From Eledone cirrhosa (Eukaryota): a DNA stretch of 64,000 nt. Position 1 is the first letter of the stretch; each line of letters opens with the position of its first letter. Location: positions 68,262,001 to 68,326,000 of the forward strand of contig OZ024740.1 of the NCBI GenBank assembly GCA_964016885.1, in the 5' to 3' direction. Position numbers and translations under genes: made by a program. Below, piece by piece: positions 48,348 through 62,287 of the stretch. The notes below the pieces were generated by a model. It was not told the origin of the DNA. It searched no databases and was given only the letters and a program-made list of their open reading frames with translations.

Positions 48348-48901
48348 TGCGTCGGTGTTAGTGATAATTTGATATGTATATTTTTATATGCATTATTTAA
48401 GTTAATCAACGTGGAAAAATTACTTAGAATAATGAGAAATCATACACCCAAACACACATGGAAACACACAGAGACGCACACACATACACACACACACACA
48501 CACACACATACACACACGCACGCCCAGACACCTACATGTATATTTGCACATCAATATTTAATATACGTATGATGTACTGCAAAAGTATGTTGACGTACTT
48601 TATATTATATACACACCGATAGAAAGACAATGAGAGGGTATAGATTGGCTAGAAAATTTAAGAGTGTTCCTAGGTACAATATTGACGGTTTATGTTCAAG
48701 ATATTCAGCTGTTATTTACTTCTCTGGCTCATAGACTTATCTACTCTTTCGTCTAATATACCCGCAATTACGTAGCTATTGTTAACAAGGATGTCTTGTC
48801 ATGTTTCTATATATACAAATATATATATGTAATTTTTATTCCTAGACGCACAAAAGCTCTCATACTCAACACATAAATACATACATATATTCACTCACAC
48901 A

Positions 48902-49017
<116 letters not shown>

Positions 49018-49970
49018 AATATATATGTATATGAATTGACCCTATCTTCTGCGTTGAGCATTTCTAACACTAAAATTTAATGTATTGTAGAAACATACAA
49101 CATAGATCACACAGTGAATCAGATCATTATAATTTTGTTCCTTTCTTGAGCATTCATTATAATGATATTGTATAGCAGCCATTTTTTTTTTCTTTTGCGA
49201 TATCTTCATTAATTCACATTGTGCACATATATGATATTTTTCCTTTGTATCATTATAAATATTCTTTCTAATAGTACAATGTCCATCATTAACTGGTCAG
49301 TTAGTAAGATACATCTTCCCATGATGCTATGAACCAAAGCCTTAGATTCATTACTATACATAACGATGTGAAGCTCCTTTCTTTATAGATATATTTCAAC
49401 TATGAAGGGTTGAAAAGTGTTTGGTCATTGATATAAAAGAATGAATCAAATCTCCAAGCCCCCGTCTGTTTGTATGTGTTAACCACGCCAATTGCGCTTG
49501 ACTGTCTTTAACTAAACCTTGTCTGTAGGAATAATTCCCACTGATTTACCGATATTCATTTCTTCCTTTTTCCCGTCAGTCCCGAAAAATATTAGGGGTG
49601 CTGCCATTCTTTCTTTAAGTACACCGTTAATGAACAGAAGAATCATTAATGCGAGTATCTCTCTAGAGTGGTTTCAACATGTTTTCTCGAAGACACAATA
49701 CCTTTGACACAAGTTGTACACACTGTTCCCATAATTTCCAATCTCTACGGAATTGTACCTGTCTATTTCGGCCTTCACTAATCCTCATCCAGCAGCTACA
49801 TCTGTTTCCAAACATAATAAGACATCCAGTTGCAAATCTGCTACTGTTTATATAACATACGAATGACATAAATACCTCACCAAAATCCCACAACACACAT
49901 GTATAAACACATGCATATATATGTACCAATGTATATGTGAGTGTATGTGTGTATATATATATGTATGTAC

Positions 49971-50011
<41 letters not shown>

Positions 50012-50066
50012 TACAAATGCACATACACATACACACACACATACATACTCACATACCCACAGAAAA

Positions 50067-50117
<51 letters not shown>

Positions 50118-51238
50118 TAGATATATACGGAAATCTATCTGAATATATATCACCCAATCTATCAATCTATCTATCTATAAATATATATAAATGTATATGT
50201 GTGTATGTGTGTGTGTGTGTTTGTGTGAAGGTGTGTGTGTGTGCGTGTGTCTACGTGGGTGTATGTGTGTTTACGTGTGTGTGTGGAGGGTGAGTGCGTG
50301 AGTGTGTAGGTATATTCTTTTTATAATTTTCTTCATAGACAGAACCATTCTCACCCACTATTTCAAATATCAATGTATCTTTAGAGAGCATCATTTTTAC
50401 CCAAATGGCTCGGCAGAAATCCTTGACAGCTGGAGAAATAGAATGGCTAAACGATTTCAACTTAATCATATGTTGGATTACGGGGAGGAATATATGATTA
50501 TTGAGGAAACAACTCAGCCAAACGCCGGAGAATAACGAGAACAAAAAAAATCGAAATATATATATAAATAAATCATAACAATAATACAAATACAATTGGT
50601 TAGAAGAGCGGAGAAGAGACTTGTGGAACAGTATAGGGGGAGTGGGATGAGTGGGGGGAGTTGTAAATAGTTTAATATACCTCACCTTGATTATTTGTCA
50701 CACAGAGAGATATCATTCACCTCAGTATGCTCTGGAATTCCACTATTCCAGTATCCTCATTCCGCATGGCTAGAATGTCTAACCTCCTTGACTTGGCGTG
50801 TCGTCTATTTCGATAAAATCGCTGAAGACAGATCGGTGATGCTGAGCTTCGGCTTAGGATACATGTTGAATAAAGTTATATATGCATATTTATGTGTGTG
50901 TGTGTGTGTACTGTGTGTGTGTGTATTCATGTATATATGTTTGTATGTGTGTTTATGAGTGTGTATACATCTATGTATATATCTATGTATACATAAAGTG
51001 AGGCAAAGAGATGGGGAAAAAGAGGCGCAGTGGTGAAAATTTAGGAGTGAGTGGGAGAGATGAATTACGACTAAAGTGGTAGGAGAAGCTAAGGTCTTAG
51101 GGTGAGATCATCATTTATTCCAATTTATTCCAAACCTGTACATTAACTCTAATAATGTATGGGAATGCGATTTGTAGGATTGTGTATATATACATACATA
51201 CACACACATACACACACATATATATGTATGTATGTATG

Positions 51239-51279
<41 letters not shown>

Positions 51280-51290
51280 ATGTATGTATA

Positions 51291-51451
<161 letters not shown>

Positions 51452-51792
51452 TAGAGAGAGAGCGAGAGAGTGAGAGAGAAAGGTAGAAAGAGATAGAGAG
51501 AGAGAGAGAGAGAGATTGAGTGAGAGAAACAGAGATAGAGAGAATAAGTGTATATATGTGTTCATGTATAAAAGCATAAATTTAGGATACTGTTATAATA
51601 AGAATTAGGAAATTTAGAACAGGAATCTATCGCGTAGAGAATTGAATATAAAACATATACGTCTATCTGTTTGTATATGCATGTATCATTTAGGCACATA
51701 CGTAATTTGCCTTCACTCTTTCAGCTCTCTCTCTAAATATTTACGACACCAACCTATATACATATATATATGCATACACACATGTGTGTATA

Positions 51793-51828
<36 letters not shown>

Positions 51829-51850
51829 CCTGTGTGTGTGTATATATATA

Positions 51851-51929
<79 letters not shown>

Positions 51930-52312
51930 GCATGCATAAATACAATGCATACATACATACATACATACATGCATACATACATATAAACGCAGATATCAGA
52001 ATGTAAATAAATTCCCATATTCCTAATGATGCCGTTTTAGCTTAAACATATAGTAATGGGCAATGAGTCCTTACGATAGTGTGTCCTTCTGGATATACGG
52101 ATGTATTGCTATCAAATCATATAGACTCATTCTCACATTAATTCTTCTCGTAATTAAATTTATTCCGACATTTCTGAGAACATATTTGTATTCAATATGA
52201 TTTAATTCTTGCATATACACACATGAGGCAAAAAACAAACATACTATTGAAAACACAAACACGTAGATACAAACGCACACACCTTCACATACTCACTCAA
52301 ACACACACTATT

Positions 52313-52375
<63 letters not shown>

Positions 52376-52611
52376 GTATGTCTGTGTAGGTGTGTATGTT
52401 TACATGTCTGTGTAGGTGTGTGTGTATACACGTATTTATGTACACAGAATACAATACATAAAGAAAAACTACATATTTACATACAAGCATACTTATATTA
52501 TATATATGAATATATATAATATATTCATACGAGAATGTTAACAAAAGCATTTTCTTGACACTCTCCTTATACCAATGCTTATATATAATTATATTGCTGA
52601 TTATCTTCGCG

Positions 52612-52750
52612 GTAATGTCTGTGTGGTTATGGAAGTTACTTCGTATCCACGTGATTTCGGGTTCAATCCCCTCATGTGATTTCTTCAGGAAGTATCATCT
52701 AATATAGCCATGGACTGACAAATTCCTTACGCGTGAAGTTTGGTATTTTG
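52612..52750 (+). mobile_element. Degenerate octopus-type tRNA-derived SINE head
   Basis: A-box-like gtctgtgtggtta and B-box ggttcaatccc, followed by core-like sequence. Confidence 0.55.
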
Positions 52751-52842
52751 TAGACATAAACTTCATACATGTCTATCATATATATCACATATATATATAT
52801 ATATATATTTGTGTGTGTGTCTCTCTCTCTCTCTCTCTCTCT

Positions 52843-52902
<60 letters not shown>

Positions 52903-53949
52903 ATAAATATATATATATATCACAAAAAAAAGAGAATCCGTGTTGCGACGAATGGAATTTATTGGACATATTACAATTGTTTCTCGGGCGACCAGCTCGA
53001 GCCACGACCGATGTGATGATCAAACCTGACTATGAAATCGCAAGGTCCCCAGATACGTCTTGATTCTACGAAGCAGATTTTCAAAATGTTCTTTTACATC
53101 GATATCCGTCGCCTGTTGGCATTCTATGAGTGGTCAACAATGGTACACTCATCGATATTTCTCGCCACTCACGGTTGTCCACTATTTGGTTCTTTTCATT
53201 CTCCACCTGTCAATCAAAGTTGTTTCTACTGTAGTAGGTGAGGGGTGGTATGCTTACACGGCTGGCGGCCCTTCGGCGTCTTCTCTGTCTATAAACGACC
53301 TGACCCACACCGATCACGTACACAGCCGCAACTGTATTTTATGCGACAATCACCGTAAATAATGCTTGGAAGCAATTTTTGCAACAAATTAGAAAAAAAA
53401 ATTAGAAAAATATTTAGCATAACGTTTCAAGAACACAGCCTCGGAATACCTTGAAACATACATATTTCAAAAAGAAAAAAACCTCTGTACAGAGAAGGTT
53501 TTTAAATGAATGCTTGGAACAGCCTTTCAAAAAAAGGGTATTTCGAAGTTATTTTTGATAAATATACACATATTTAGACTCACACATTGTACTCAGGGAA
53601 ACATGTATAGTGAAGACGCTGCACGTATATACACAGATGAAAAAAGGAAGATCTACACATATGCATTCATACCCTCACACAGAGATGTTCATACAAATAC
53701 ATCCACCCATACATGTGTACACACGTGCGCATGCATATTTGCGTGGATACATAAATGTACACGCGCATGTTCATGCTTGTATATTACCGATATATATAAA
53801 CAAATATATTTGATCACATGAATGCCTATATTTATTAATATTTTGAAGTCATATTAGTAACTCCAGGGAACCCACTGTTGAGTGCTTCTAATCTATTGTA
53901 AAACTGTATTCATTGATTAATCAATGAACCTTGTTAAACTTTTGGTTAT

Positions 53950-53990
<41 letters not shown>

Positions 53991-53997
<7 letters not shown>

Positions 53998-54031
53998 ACT
54001 AGAAATTGATTGATAATTTCTAGTTGATATA
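53991..54031. repeat. 17-bp perfect inverted repeat next to (TA)n
   Basis: tatatcaactagaaatt-gattgat-aatttctagttgatata. Confidence 0.9.
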
Positions 54032-54125
54032 AAATGGTCGGATCTCTTCAATAGAATCTTTGAGTATATTCTGCAGTGGATGTGGCGCATGCGTCTCCGA
54101 CATGACACCCTTAATTTAATCTTGG

Positions 54126-54175
<50 letters not shown>

Positions 54176-54182
<7 letters not shown>

Positions 54183-55172
54183 TAAAATGAATTCCAACTT
54201 TGTCTGATTTACTCGTTTTATTTACAATCCTTTCAAATTATAATAATATTATAATGAAATCGTATGGTAGAATATTGAATGTTAAATGTTAATTGAACAA
54301 GTACTTTCATGTTTTCGCAATCTTCAGGTTCATATTCAGCGGTGACAGTCAAGTTTGCAATTTTCAACTGTAATGAGATGGGTAAAATCTGTGCGATATA
54401 TACAATAAAAAGGGGCTACAGAATGCTAGGTTTTGCAAACTGTATTTCGACCAATCGGTGTGTAGTCAGATACCCCTGAGTAACCATCTTACAACATGTG
54501 GTCAGAAAATATTTATAATATTTCCAGTCTACAAACTACACAGCCCAAGTGAAATCAAGAGAAAAATTAAAGAAAATAATTTTATTGATAAATTCCAACC
54601 CAAGCTAAATGAACAATAAACATGCTTAGGGGTATTACTTCTACTATGACCACGCCTACGACCGATGTCGACTACCACCACTAACAACAAAAACAATAAT
54701 AATAATAATAAAACTGATGTTGATGTTCACGATTACTGAACATTTTTTATTAAAACCCTACAAAATGCTAATTTCATCATTTCTAAAAATAACAAAAGAA
54801 TTGACACTATGGATAGGGCCAAATTGAAGTCGTTAGACATGCTCAAGTAACCGTGACGCCTAAACCAATGAGCTTTAGTAAACTACATACCGATTGGTCG
54901 AAATACAGTTTGCAAAACATAGCATTTTCTAGCCCCTTTTTACTGTATATAAGGCACAGATATTACCCATCTCATTACAGTGAAACATGCAAACTTGACT
55001 GTTACCACTGAATATGAACCTGAAGATTGCAAAAGCATGAAACTACTTGTTCAATTAAAATTTAACATTTAAAATTCTGCCATTCTATTTCATAATAATA
55101 TCATTATAATTTTAAAGGATTGTAAATATAACGAGTAAATCAGACAAAGTTGGAATTCCTTTTATTAATATA
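54176..55172. mobile_element. ~1-kb palindromic PLE insertion; the + arm retains the GIY-YIG C-terminus
   Basis: Arms 54176-54466 and ~54881-55172 are reverse complements. 54467-54619 translates to QIPLSNHLTTCGQKIFIIFPVYKLHSPSEIKRKIKENNFIDKFQPKLNEQ*. Confidence 0.85.
55015..55053 (+). ncRNA. Minimal hammerhead ribozyme motif (mirror copy at 54294-54332, minus strand)
   Basis: tgaac-CTGAAGA-TTGCAAAAGCAT-GAAA-CTAC-TT-gttca with a 5-bp stem I. The left copy has palindromic stem III AGTACT. Confidence 0.75.
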
Positions 55173-55277
55173 ATCTTCTATACACAATCATACACACCCG
55201 TTTATATTTATATATATATATAATTCAAGAAAGGAGAGTGACATGGTTTGCTATACAATAAGGGCTTTATTCACATT

Positions 55278-55385
55278 GCTGACAATTGTTTCTTTGATCT
55301 GGCAGGTCTAGAGCTCGCTACTCGCGTGATATTGCGTCAATCGATCTACAATACTTTGTTTATAACCAGTCGTTTTCATCAGAGT
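55278..55385 (-). ncRNA. Hammerhead-like motif with a long stem II region, in a short fragment between (TA)n tracts
   Basis: ct-CTGATGA-(~80 nt)-GAAA-CAATTG-TC-ag. Stems I and II are weak. Confidence 0.4.
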
Positions 55386-56037
55386 ACTCTAAATGAACTA
55401 CATCTAAGAGGACTGCCTAAAACGATGACCTGCTATCCCGTATATATATATATATATATATATATATGGAGGAGGTTATAGTTCACTTGAAGCATTGTGT
55501 AATGAGGTATAAACGTTAGAATATGTGTAATAAGGCCAAGACAATGCAGATATGGACATAGAAAAAGAATGCAATAGTGAGAGATATTGATGAGAATTCG
55601 TCTTTCACCTTGAATTTATTTAAATGTCCTTAATTTTCGAGATAATATCTCTTCTTCGGAGGGAAGTAAAAGTCTCAGACCAGCGTCTAAATTTCCAATG
55701 AAGCCATGCTGACCGGAAATAGTATAGAGTTCTAACTTTAATATCAAAGAATTAAAATTAGGTGGGTAAAGAGTAGTCTCCCTTTAAGAGGGGTTTGTTT
55801 ATGTTTTTGTTGTGTTTTTTAAATTTTATATGCGTGCCTGTATATGTGTGTGGGAGAAAGCATGAAGGTGTAGGTATGTGTGTGTGTGAGTGTGGGAAGA
55901 TAGGTCTAATCGTAAAAGTGGGGGGTAGGTGTTATCTGGTGTTAGAACTGGTTTTGTGTGTGTATGTGTGAGAGAGAATAAGTGGAGGTGTGTGCGTGCG
56001 TGTGTGTGGGGTGTGTAAAGTGGGGCTAGAGGCCCTA

Positions 56038-58620
56038 TCAGGTTATAAATTGGGTGTTGAGCTCTAGTCTATTATTGATTGGTGGATGTGTTCTATCTAT
56101 AATGAGTGCTTCCTTGATTCTAAGATTACCGAGGTTTCTTTCTTTAGTTTCTATCCTAACTGTTATGTTTTTATCAGTGTTTTTGCATTTAACTAGGTGT
56201 TTCTTAAATGAGGAAGCGTTAGTATTGAGGTGTTCTTTTATTCTTATGTGGAGTGGTCTGGTGGTGCTACCTACGTAGAAGTTGTTGCATTTGTCACACT
56301 CTAGTCTGTAAACTACGTAAGCCTGGTGGCATAGGTCTGTGTCGTTGATGGGGCAGTTGGCTCGTCTGCAGCAGTTGTCATGTCTGGTGGAGTGTCTCTT
56401 AGCTAGCCGTCCACGCAAAGAAGGACCCGAATGGGCCAGTTGAATATCCAGACCTTCTCGTCTGATGGCTCTGCGGATGACTGTTGTTGTTTCTTCACTG
56501 AAGTGTGGGAGCTTCAGGAAGCAAGTGTTAGTGCCTCGGGTGTGGTGTCCTCTGTTCTTTCTGGCACGGTTTGTGGTGGATGTCGTGTATCCGTTCAGTT
56601 TGAGTACTTCCAGGAAATGTGTGGCGTGTGTGTCTCGGTCTCTGGCGTCGGTGCATTTGTTCTTGATACGTGCCAGTTCGTTCTTTATGTATCCGAACTT
56701 GGCACCGAGTGGGAGGGCCGATCTGAAATGTACGAACAGGTCCCTGCTGGCGGATTTTTTATAGAAGCAGGTGTGGATGTTGCCTTCCTCTGTTACCCTG
56801 AGTTGGAAGTCCAGCAGGGATAGGGATCCGCGGTCATCGGGGTGTTCTATGCTGAACTTTATACTGGCGTCCATGCTGGAGAATGTTGTGTATATTTTCT
56901 CTGCCTCTTCACGGGATGATGTAAGGATGAGTATGTCATCTACATATCGGGTGAAGAAGGCATGGGAATGGCAGGTGTTGAGGGCTCGGCATTCTAGCTG
57001 GTTCATGTAAGTGATGGCCAGCAGGCCAGAGAGGCTGGATCCCATGGGTAATCCTGTTGTCTGTCTGTATGTGTGGTGGTGGAAGGTGAAGTACGTGTTG
57101 TCTACTGTGAAGGACAAAAGTTGGTGTATGTCCGTCGGGTGGAGGCCGTAGCAGTGGATGTACTCTGCGACCACGCAGTCCGTCAATAAATCGACAGCTG
57201 GGTGAGCGGGGACTGTAGTGTAGAGGGAGACAACGTCGAGGCTAAAAGCGTATTTATTAAGTTTAAGTTGTTCTGGCTGGAGTTGGTGTAATCTACGTAT
57301 AACTTCGTCGGAGCTACTGACATGTCCGGGGAAGGTGGAGAGTAGAGGCTTGAGGACCTGGGAGAGAAGCCAGGAAATTTTGTATAGGGGTCCTTCTATG
57401 CTAGAGACGATGGGTCTTATATGCGTCTTAGTGCTATTCTTGTGGGTCTTGATGAGGTGGTAGAAAGTGGGCAGTCTGCTATTTCTAGTGGTGTAGTTGA
57501 GTTTAATTTTAATCGGGAGTTGTCTTCTCCTACAGATATCGAGCCAAATGGAGTTGGTCTGTTTTTCGATTTGGGCTGCGGTCATGTCCGGGATCACTGT
57601 GTACAGTTCACTATCGCTTAGGTGTTCGAAGGCTAGGTTATTGTATGTGGCTTGAGAGATGACGCAGAACTCTTTACCTTTGTCGGATGGTAAGTAAATA
57701 AGTTCCTTATTCCGTAGGTTCTTCAGGGCGAGTTGTTGTGTCCTGGAGAGGTTAGGGGCCATCTTCTTCTGTTTCCGTAAGATGTTAAATACGGAATGTT
57801 TTAGTCTCGAGAGTTTATCTTCCAGCTCGCGGTTGGCGGGCGGTGGATAGATTGGGCGATCTAGTTGGTATATCGGGAATCTGGGTGTGGTGGATTCCGT
57901 GGTGTTGTTGTCGAGAGTCTATATCCATTTCAGTTGGTAGGCAGCTCGACAGAAATTCGTTTCTATGTCGAGCCATAGTCTGTCGTCCAGTCTCTGTTTC
58001 AATATGAACTTGGGACCCAGGCTGAGGAGGTCTAATTCCTCTCGGGAGAGGGATCCTGTCAAGTCTGTGACGAGGTGTTTTGCGTCAGGTGTGTTGTTGG
58101 TCGGGGTGCCGCTAGGTTCGGTGTTGGTAACGTATTGTTCGCCTCTGTTGGTGTATGGCGTTGGGATGTTGTTAAGACAGTTGGCCGTCCTGAGTTTGAG
58201 AAATTTTTGTGTTAGGCGTTTTTTCTCGTAGTCTCGGCGGTGGTGGTATGACCTGTCTATAGTGGCGGAGATGACCTTGGACAGAGGTTCTGGGGTTTCA
58301 GCGAGTTGTGGTACAAGGCTGGAGATAGTCCGTATGTGATGTTGTAGCGTGCGGTGTAGGTGTTGTATGAGTTTTCTTAGGCAGAATTTTTGTATGTAAC
58401 TGAGTGATCGTTTGAGGCCTGGTGAATTGAAGCATGTTGGTAGGTGTAAATTTTTGATGGTTTTGGGAATGATGTTGTTGTTCAGGCATCGTTTTAGGAT
58501 ATTTATTTGGCAGCCGGCTTTGGCGCGCTTTTCAGATAGCTGGAAGAGTTTCTTTACAGTTGTGAACTGGGCCTGGCTCAGGCGTAATGAAAGGAGGAGG
58601 TTATAGTTCACTTGAAGCAT
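56038..58620 (-). CDS. Full-length PLE ORF (RT + GIY-YIG, ~860 codons) interrupted by one in-frame TAG at 57919-57921
   Basis: ORFs 57919-58620 and 56038-57762 are in the same frame with 52 open codons between them. Motifs PSDKG, KTHK..RPIVS, SLDVVSLYT, GLPMGS, RYVDD, VVY.LEC..C..YVGST and RIKEH. Confidence 0.9.
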
Positions 58621-59161
58621 TGTGTAATGAGGTATAAACGTTAGAATATGTGTAATAAGGCCAAGACAATGCAGATATGGACATAGAAAAAGAATGCAAT
58701 AGTGAGAGATATTGATGAGAATTCGTCTTTCACCTTGAATTTATTTAAATGTCCTTAATTTTCGAGATAATATCTCTTCTTCGGAGGGAAGTAAAAGTCT
58801 CAGACCAGCGTCTAAATTTCCAATGAAGCCATGCTGACCGGAAATAGTATAGAGTTCTAACTTTAATATCAAAGAATTAAAATTAGGTGGGTAAAGAGTA
58901 GTCTCCCTTTAAGAGGGGTTTGTTTATGTTTTGTTGTGTTTTTTAAATTTTATATGCGTGCCTGTATATGTGTGTGGGAGAAAGCATGAAGGTGTAGGTA
59001 TGTGTGTGTGTGAGTGTGGGAAGATAGGTCTAATCGTAAAAGTGGGGGGTAGGTGTTATCTGGTGTTAGAACTGGTTTTGTGTGTGTATGTGTGAGAGAG
59101 AATAAGTGGAGGTGTGTGCGTGCGTGTGTGTGGGGTGTGTAAAGTGGGGCTAGAGGCCCTA

Positions 59162-60090
59162 TCAGGTTATAAATTGGGTGTTGAGCTCTAGTCTATTATT
59201 GATTGGTGGATGTGTTCTATCTATAATGAGTGCTTCCTTGATTCTAAGATTACCGAGGTTTCTTTCTTTAGTTTCTATCCTAACTGTTGTGTTTTTATCA
59301 GTGTTTTTGCATTTAACTAGGTGTTTCTTAAATGAGGAAGCGTTAGTATTGAGGTGTTCTTTTATTCTTATGTGGAGTGGTCTGGTGGTGCTACCTACGT
59401 AGAAGTTGTTGCATTTGTCACACTCTAGTCTGTAAACTACGTAAGCCTGGTGGCATAGGTCTGTGTCGTTGATGGGGCAGTTGGCTAGTCTGCAGCAGTT
59501 GTCATGTCTGGTGGAGTGTCTCTTAGCTAGCCGTCCACGCAAAGAAGGACCCGAATGGGCCAGTTGAATATCCAGACCTTCTCGTCTGATGGCTCTGCGG
59601 ATGGCTGTTGTTGTTTCTTCACTGAAGTGTGGGAGCTTCAGGAAGCAAGTGTTAGTGCCTCGGGTGTGGTGTCCTCTGTTCTTTCTGGCACGGTTTGTGG
59701 TGGATGTCGTGTATCCGTTCAGTTTGAGTACTTCCAGGAAATGTGTGGTGTGTGTGTCTCGGTCTCTGGCGTCGGTGCATTTGTTCTTGATACGTGCCAG
59801 TTCGTTCTTTATGTATCCGAACTTGGCACCGAGTGGGAGGGCCGATCTGAAATGTACGAACAGGTCCCTGCTGGCGGATTTTTTATAGAAGCAGGTGTGG
59901 ATGTTGCCTTCCTCTGTTACCCTGAGTTGGAAGTCCAGCAGGGATAGGGATCCGCGGTCATCGGGGTGTTCTATGCTGAACTTTATACTGGCGTCCATGC
60001 TGGAGAATGTTGTGTATATTGTCTCTGCCTCTTCACGGGATGATGTAAGGATGAGTATGTCATCTACATATCGGGTGAAGAAGGCATGGG
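59162..60090 (-). pseudogene. 3' part of the PLE ORF in the upstream partial tandem unit
   Basis: Near-identical to 56038-56966. Confidence 0.92.
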
Positions 60091-60187
60091 TGTCTCTTAG
60101 CTAGCCGAGTTTATATTCCGCGAGCTGGAAGATAAACTCTCGAGACTAAAACATTCCGTATTTAACATCTTACGGAAACAGAAGAAG

Positions 60188-61912
60188 ATGGCCCCTAACC
60201 TCTCCAGGACACAACAACTCGCCCTGAAGAACCTACGGAATAAGGAACTTATTTACTTACCATCCGACAAAGGTAAAGAGTTCTGCGTCATCTCTCAAGC
60301 CACATACAATAACCTAGCCTTCGAACACCTAAGCGACAGTGAACTGTACACAGTGATCCCGGACATGACCGCAGCCCAAATCGAAAAACAGACCAACTCC
60401 ATTTGGTTCGATATCTGTAGGAGAAGACAACTCCCGAATAAAATTAAACTCAACTACACCACTAGAAATAGCAGACTGCCCACTTTCTACCACCTCATCA
60501 AGACCCACAAGAATAGCACTAAGACGCATATAAGACCCATCGTCTCTAGCATAGAAGGACCCCTATACAAAATTTCCTGGCTTCTCTCCCAGGTCCTCAA
60601 GCCTCCACTCTCCACCTTCCCCGGACATGTCAGTAGCTCCGACGAAGTTATACGTAGATTACACCAACTCCAGCCAGAACAACTTAAACTTAATAAATAC
60701 GCTTTTAGCCTCGACGTTGTCTCCCTCTACACTACAGTCCCCGCTCACCCAGCTGTCGATTTATTGACGGACTGCGTGGTCGCAGAGAACATCCACTGCT
60801 ACGGCCTCCACCCGACGGACATACACCAACTTTTGTCCTTCACAGTAGACAACACGTACTTCACCTTCCACCACCACACATACAGACAGACAACAGGATT
60901 ACCCATGGGATCCAGCCTCTCTGGCCTGCTGGCCATCACTTACATGAACCAGCTAGAATGCCGAGCCCTCAACACCTGCCATTCCCATGCCTTCTTCACC
61001 CGATATGTAGATGACATACTCATCCTTACATCATCCCGTGAAGAGGCAGAGACAATATACACAACATTCTCCAGCATGGACGCCAGTATAAAGTTCAGCA
61101 TAGAACACCCCGATGACCGCGGATCCCTATCCCTGCTGGACTTCCAACTCAGGGTAACAGAGGAAGGCAACATCCACACCTGCTTCTATAAAAAATCCGC
61201 CAGCAGGGACCTGTTCGTACATTTCAGATCGGCCCTCCCACTCGGTGCCAAGTTCGGATACATAAAGAACGAACTGGCACGTATCAAGAACAAATGCACC
61301 GACGCCAGAGACCGAGACACACACACCACACATTTCCTGGAAGTACTCAAACTGAACGGATACACGACATCCACCACAAACCGTGCCAGAAAGAACAGAG
61401 GACACCACACCCGAGGCACTAACACTTGCTTCCTGAAGCTCCCACACTTCAGTGAAGAAACAACAACAGCCATCCGCAGAGCCATCAGACGAGAAGGTCT
61501 GGATATTCAACTGGCCCATTCGGGTCCTTCTTTGCGTGGACGGCTAGCTAAGAGACACTCCACCAGACATGACAACTGCTGCAGACTAGCCAACTGCCCC
61601 ATCAACGACACAGACCTATGCCACCAGGCTTACGTAGTTTACAGACTAGAGTGTGACAAATGCAACAACTTCTACGTAGGTAGCACCACCAGACCACTCC
61701 ACATAAGAATAAAAGAACACCTCAATACTAACGCTTCCTCATTTAAGAAACACCTAGTTAAATGCAAAAACACTGATAAAAACATAACAGTTAGGATAGA
61801 AACTAAAGAAAGAAACCTCGGTAATCTTAGAATCAAGGAAGCACTCATTATAGATAGAACACATCCACCAATCAATAATAGACTAGAGCTCAACACCCAA
61901 TTTATAACCTGA
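60188..61912 (+). CDS. PLE RT + GIY-YIG, 574-aa open frame in the inverted 5'-truncated copy
   Basis: All RT and GIY-YIG motifs are intact. It lacks the N-terminal region, so the Met is internal. Confidence 0.88.
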   Translation: MAPNLSRTQQLALKNLRNKELIYLPSDKGKEFCVISQATYNNLAFEHLSDSELYTVIPDMTAAQIEKQTNSIWFDICRRRQLPNKIKLNYTTRNSRLPTFYHLIKTHKNSTKTHIRPIVSSIEGPLYKISWLLSQVLKPPLSTFPGHVSSSDEVIRRLHQLQPEQLKLNKYAFSLDVVSLYTTVPAHPAVDLLTDCVVAENIHCYGLHPTDIHQLLSFTVDNTYFTFHHHTYRQTTGLPMGSSLSGLLAITYMNQLECRALNTCHSHAFFTRYVDDILILTSSREEAETIYTTFSSMDASIKFSIEHPDDRGSLSLLDFQLRVTEEGNIHTCFYKKSASRDLFVHFRSALPLGAKFGYIKNELARIKNKCTDARDRDTHTTHFLEVLKLNGYTTSTTNRARKNRGHHTRGTNTCFLKLPHFSEETTTAIRRAIRREGLDIQLAHSGPSLRGRLAKRHSTRHDNCCRLANCPINDTDLCHQAYVVYRLECDKCNNFYVGSTTRPLHIRIKEHLNTNASSFKKHLVKCKNTDKNITVRIETKERNLGNLRIKEALIIDRTHPPINNRLELNTQFIT

Positions 61913-62287
61913 TAGGGCCTCTAGCCCCACTTTACACACCCCACACACACGCACGCACACACCTCCACTTATTCTCTCTCACACATACACACACAAAACC
62001 AGTTCTAACACCAGATAACACCTACCCCCCACTTTTACGATTAGACCTATCTTCCCACACTCACACACACACATACCTACACCTTCATGCTTTCTCCCAC
62101 ACACATATACAGGCACGCATATAAAATTTAAAAAACACAACAAAAACATAAACAAACCCCTCTTAAAGGGAGACTACTCTTTACCCACCTAATTTTAATT
62201 CTTTGATATTAAAGTTAGAACTCTATACTATTTCCGGTCAGCATGGCTTCATTGGAAATTTAGACGCTGGTCTGAGACTTTTACTTC

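Noticed and set aside
50339-50500. Plus-strand frame LTAGEIEWLNDF resembling an aminopeptidase P C-terminus after a strong acceptor
   Set aside because: Too short, with a stop soon after and no supporting exons.
57919-57921. Selenocysteine recoding as in Naiad PLEs
   Set aside because: The stop is TAG, not TGA, and the endonuclease is C-terminal, unlike Naiads.
56054-61896. Repeated antisense ORFs (74, 99 and 130 aa) in all three PLE copies
   Set aside because: They recur only because the copies are nearly identical; no recognisable motifs.
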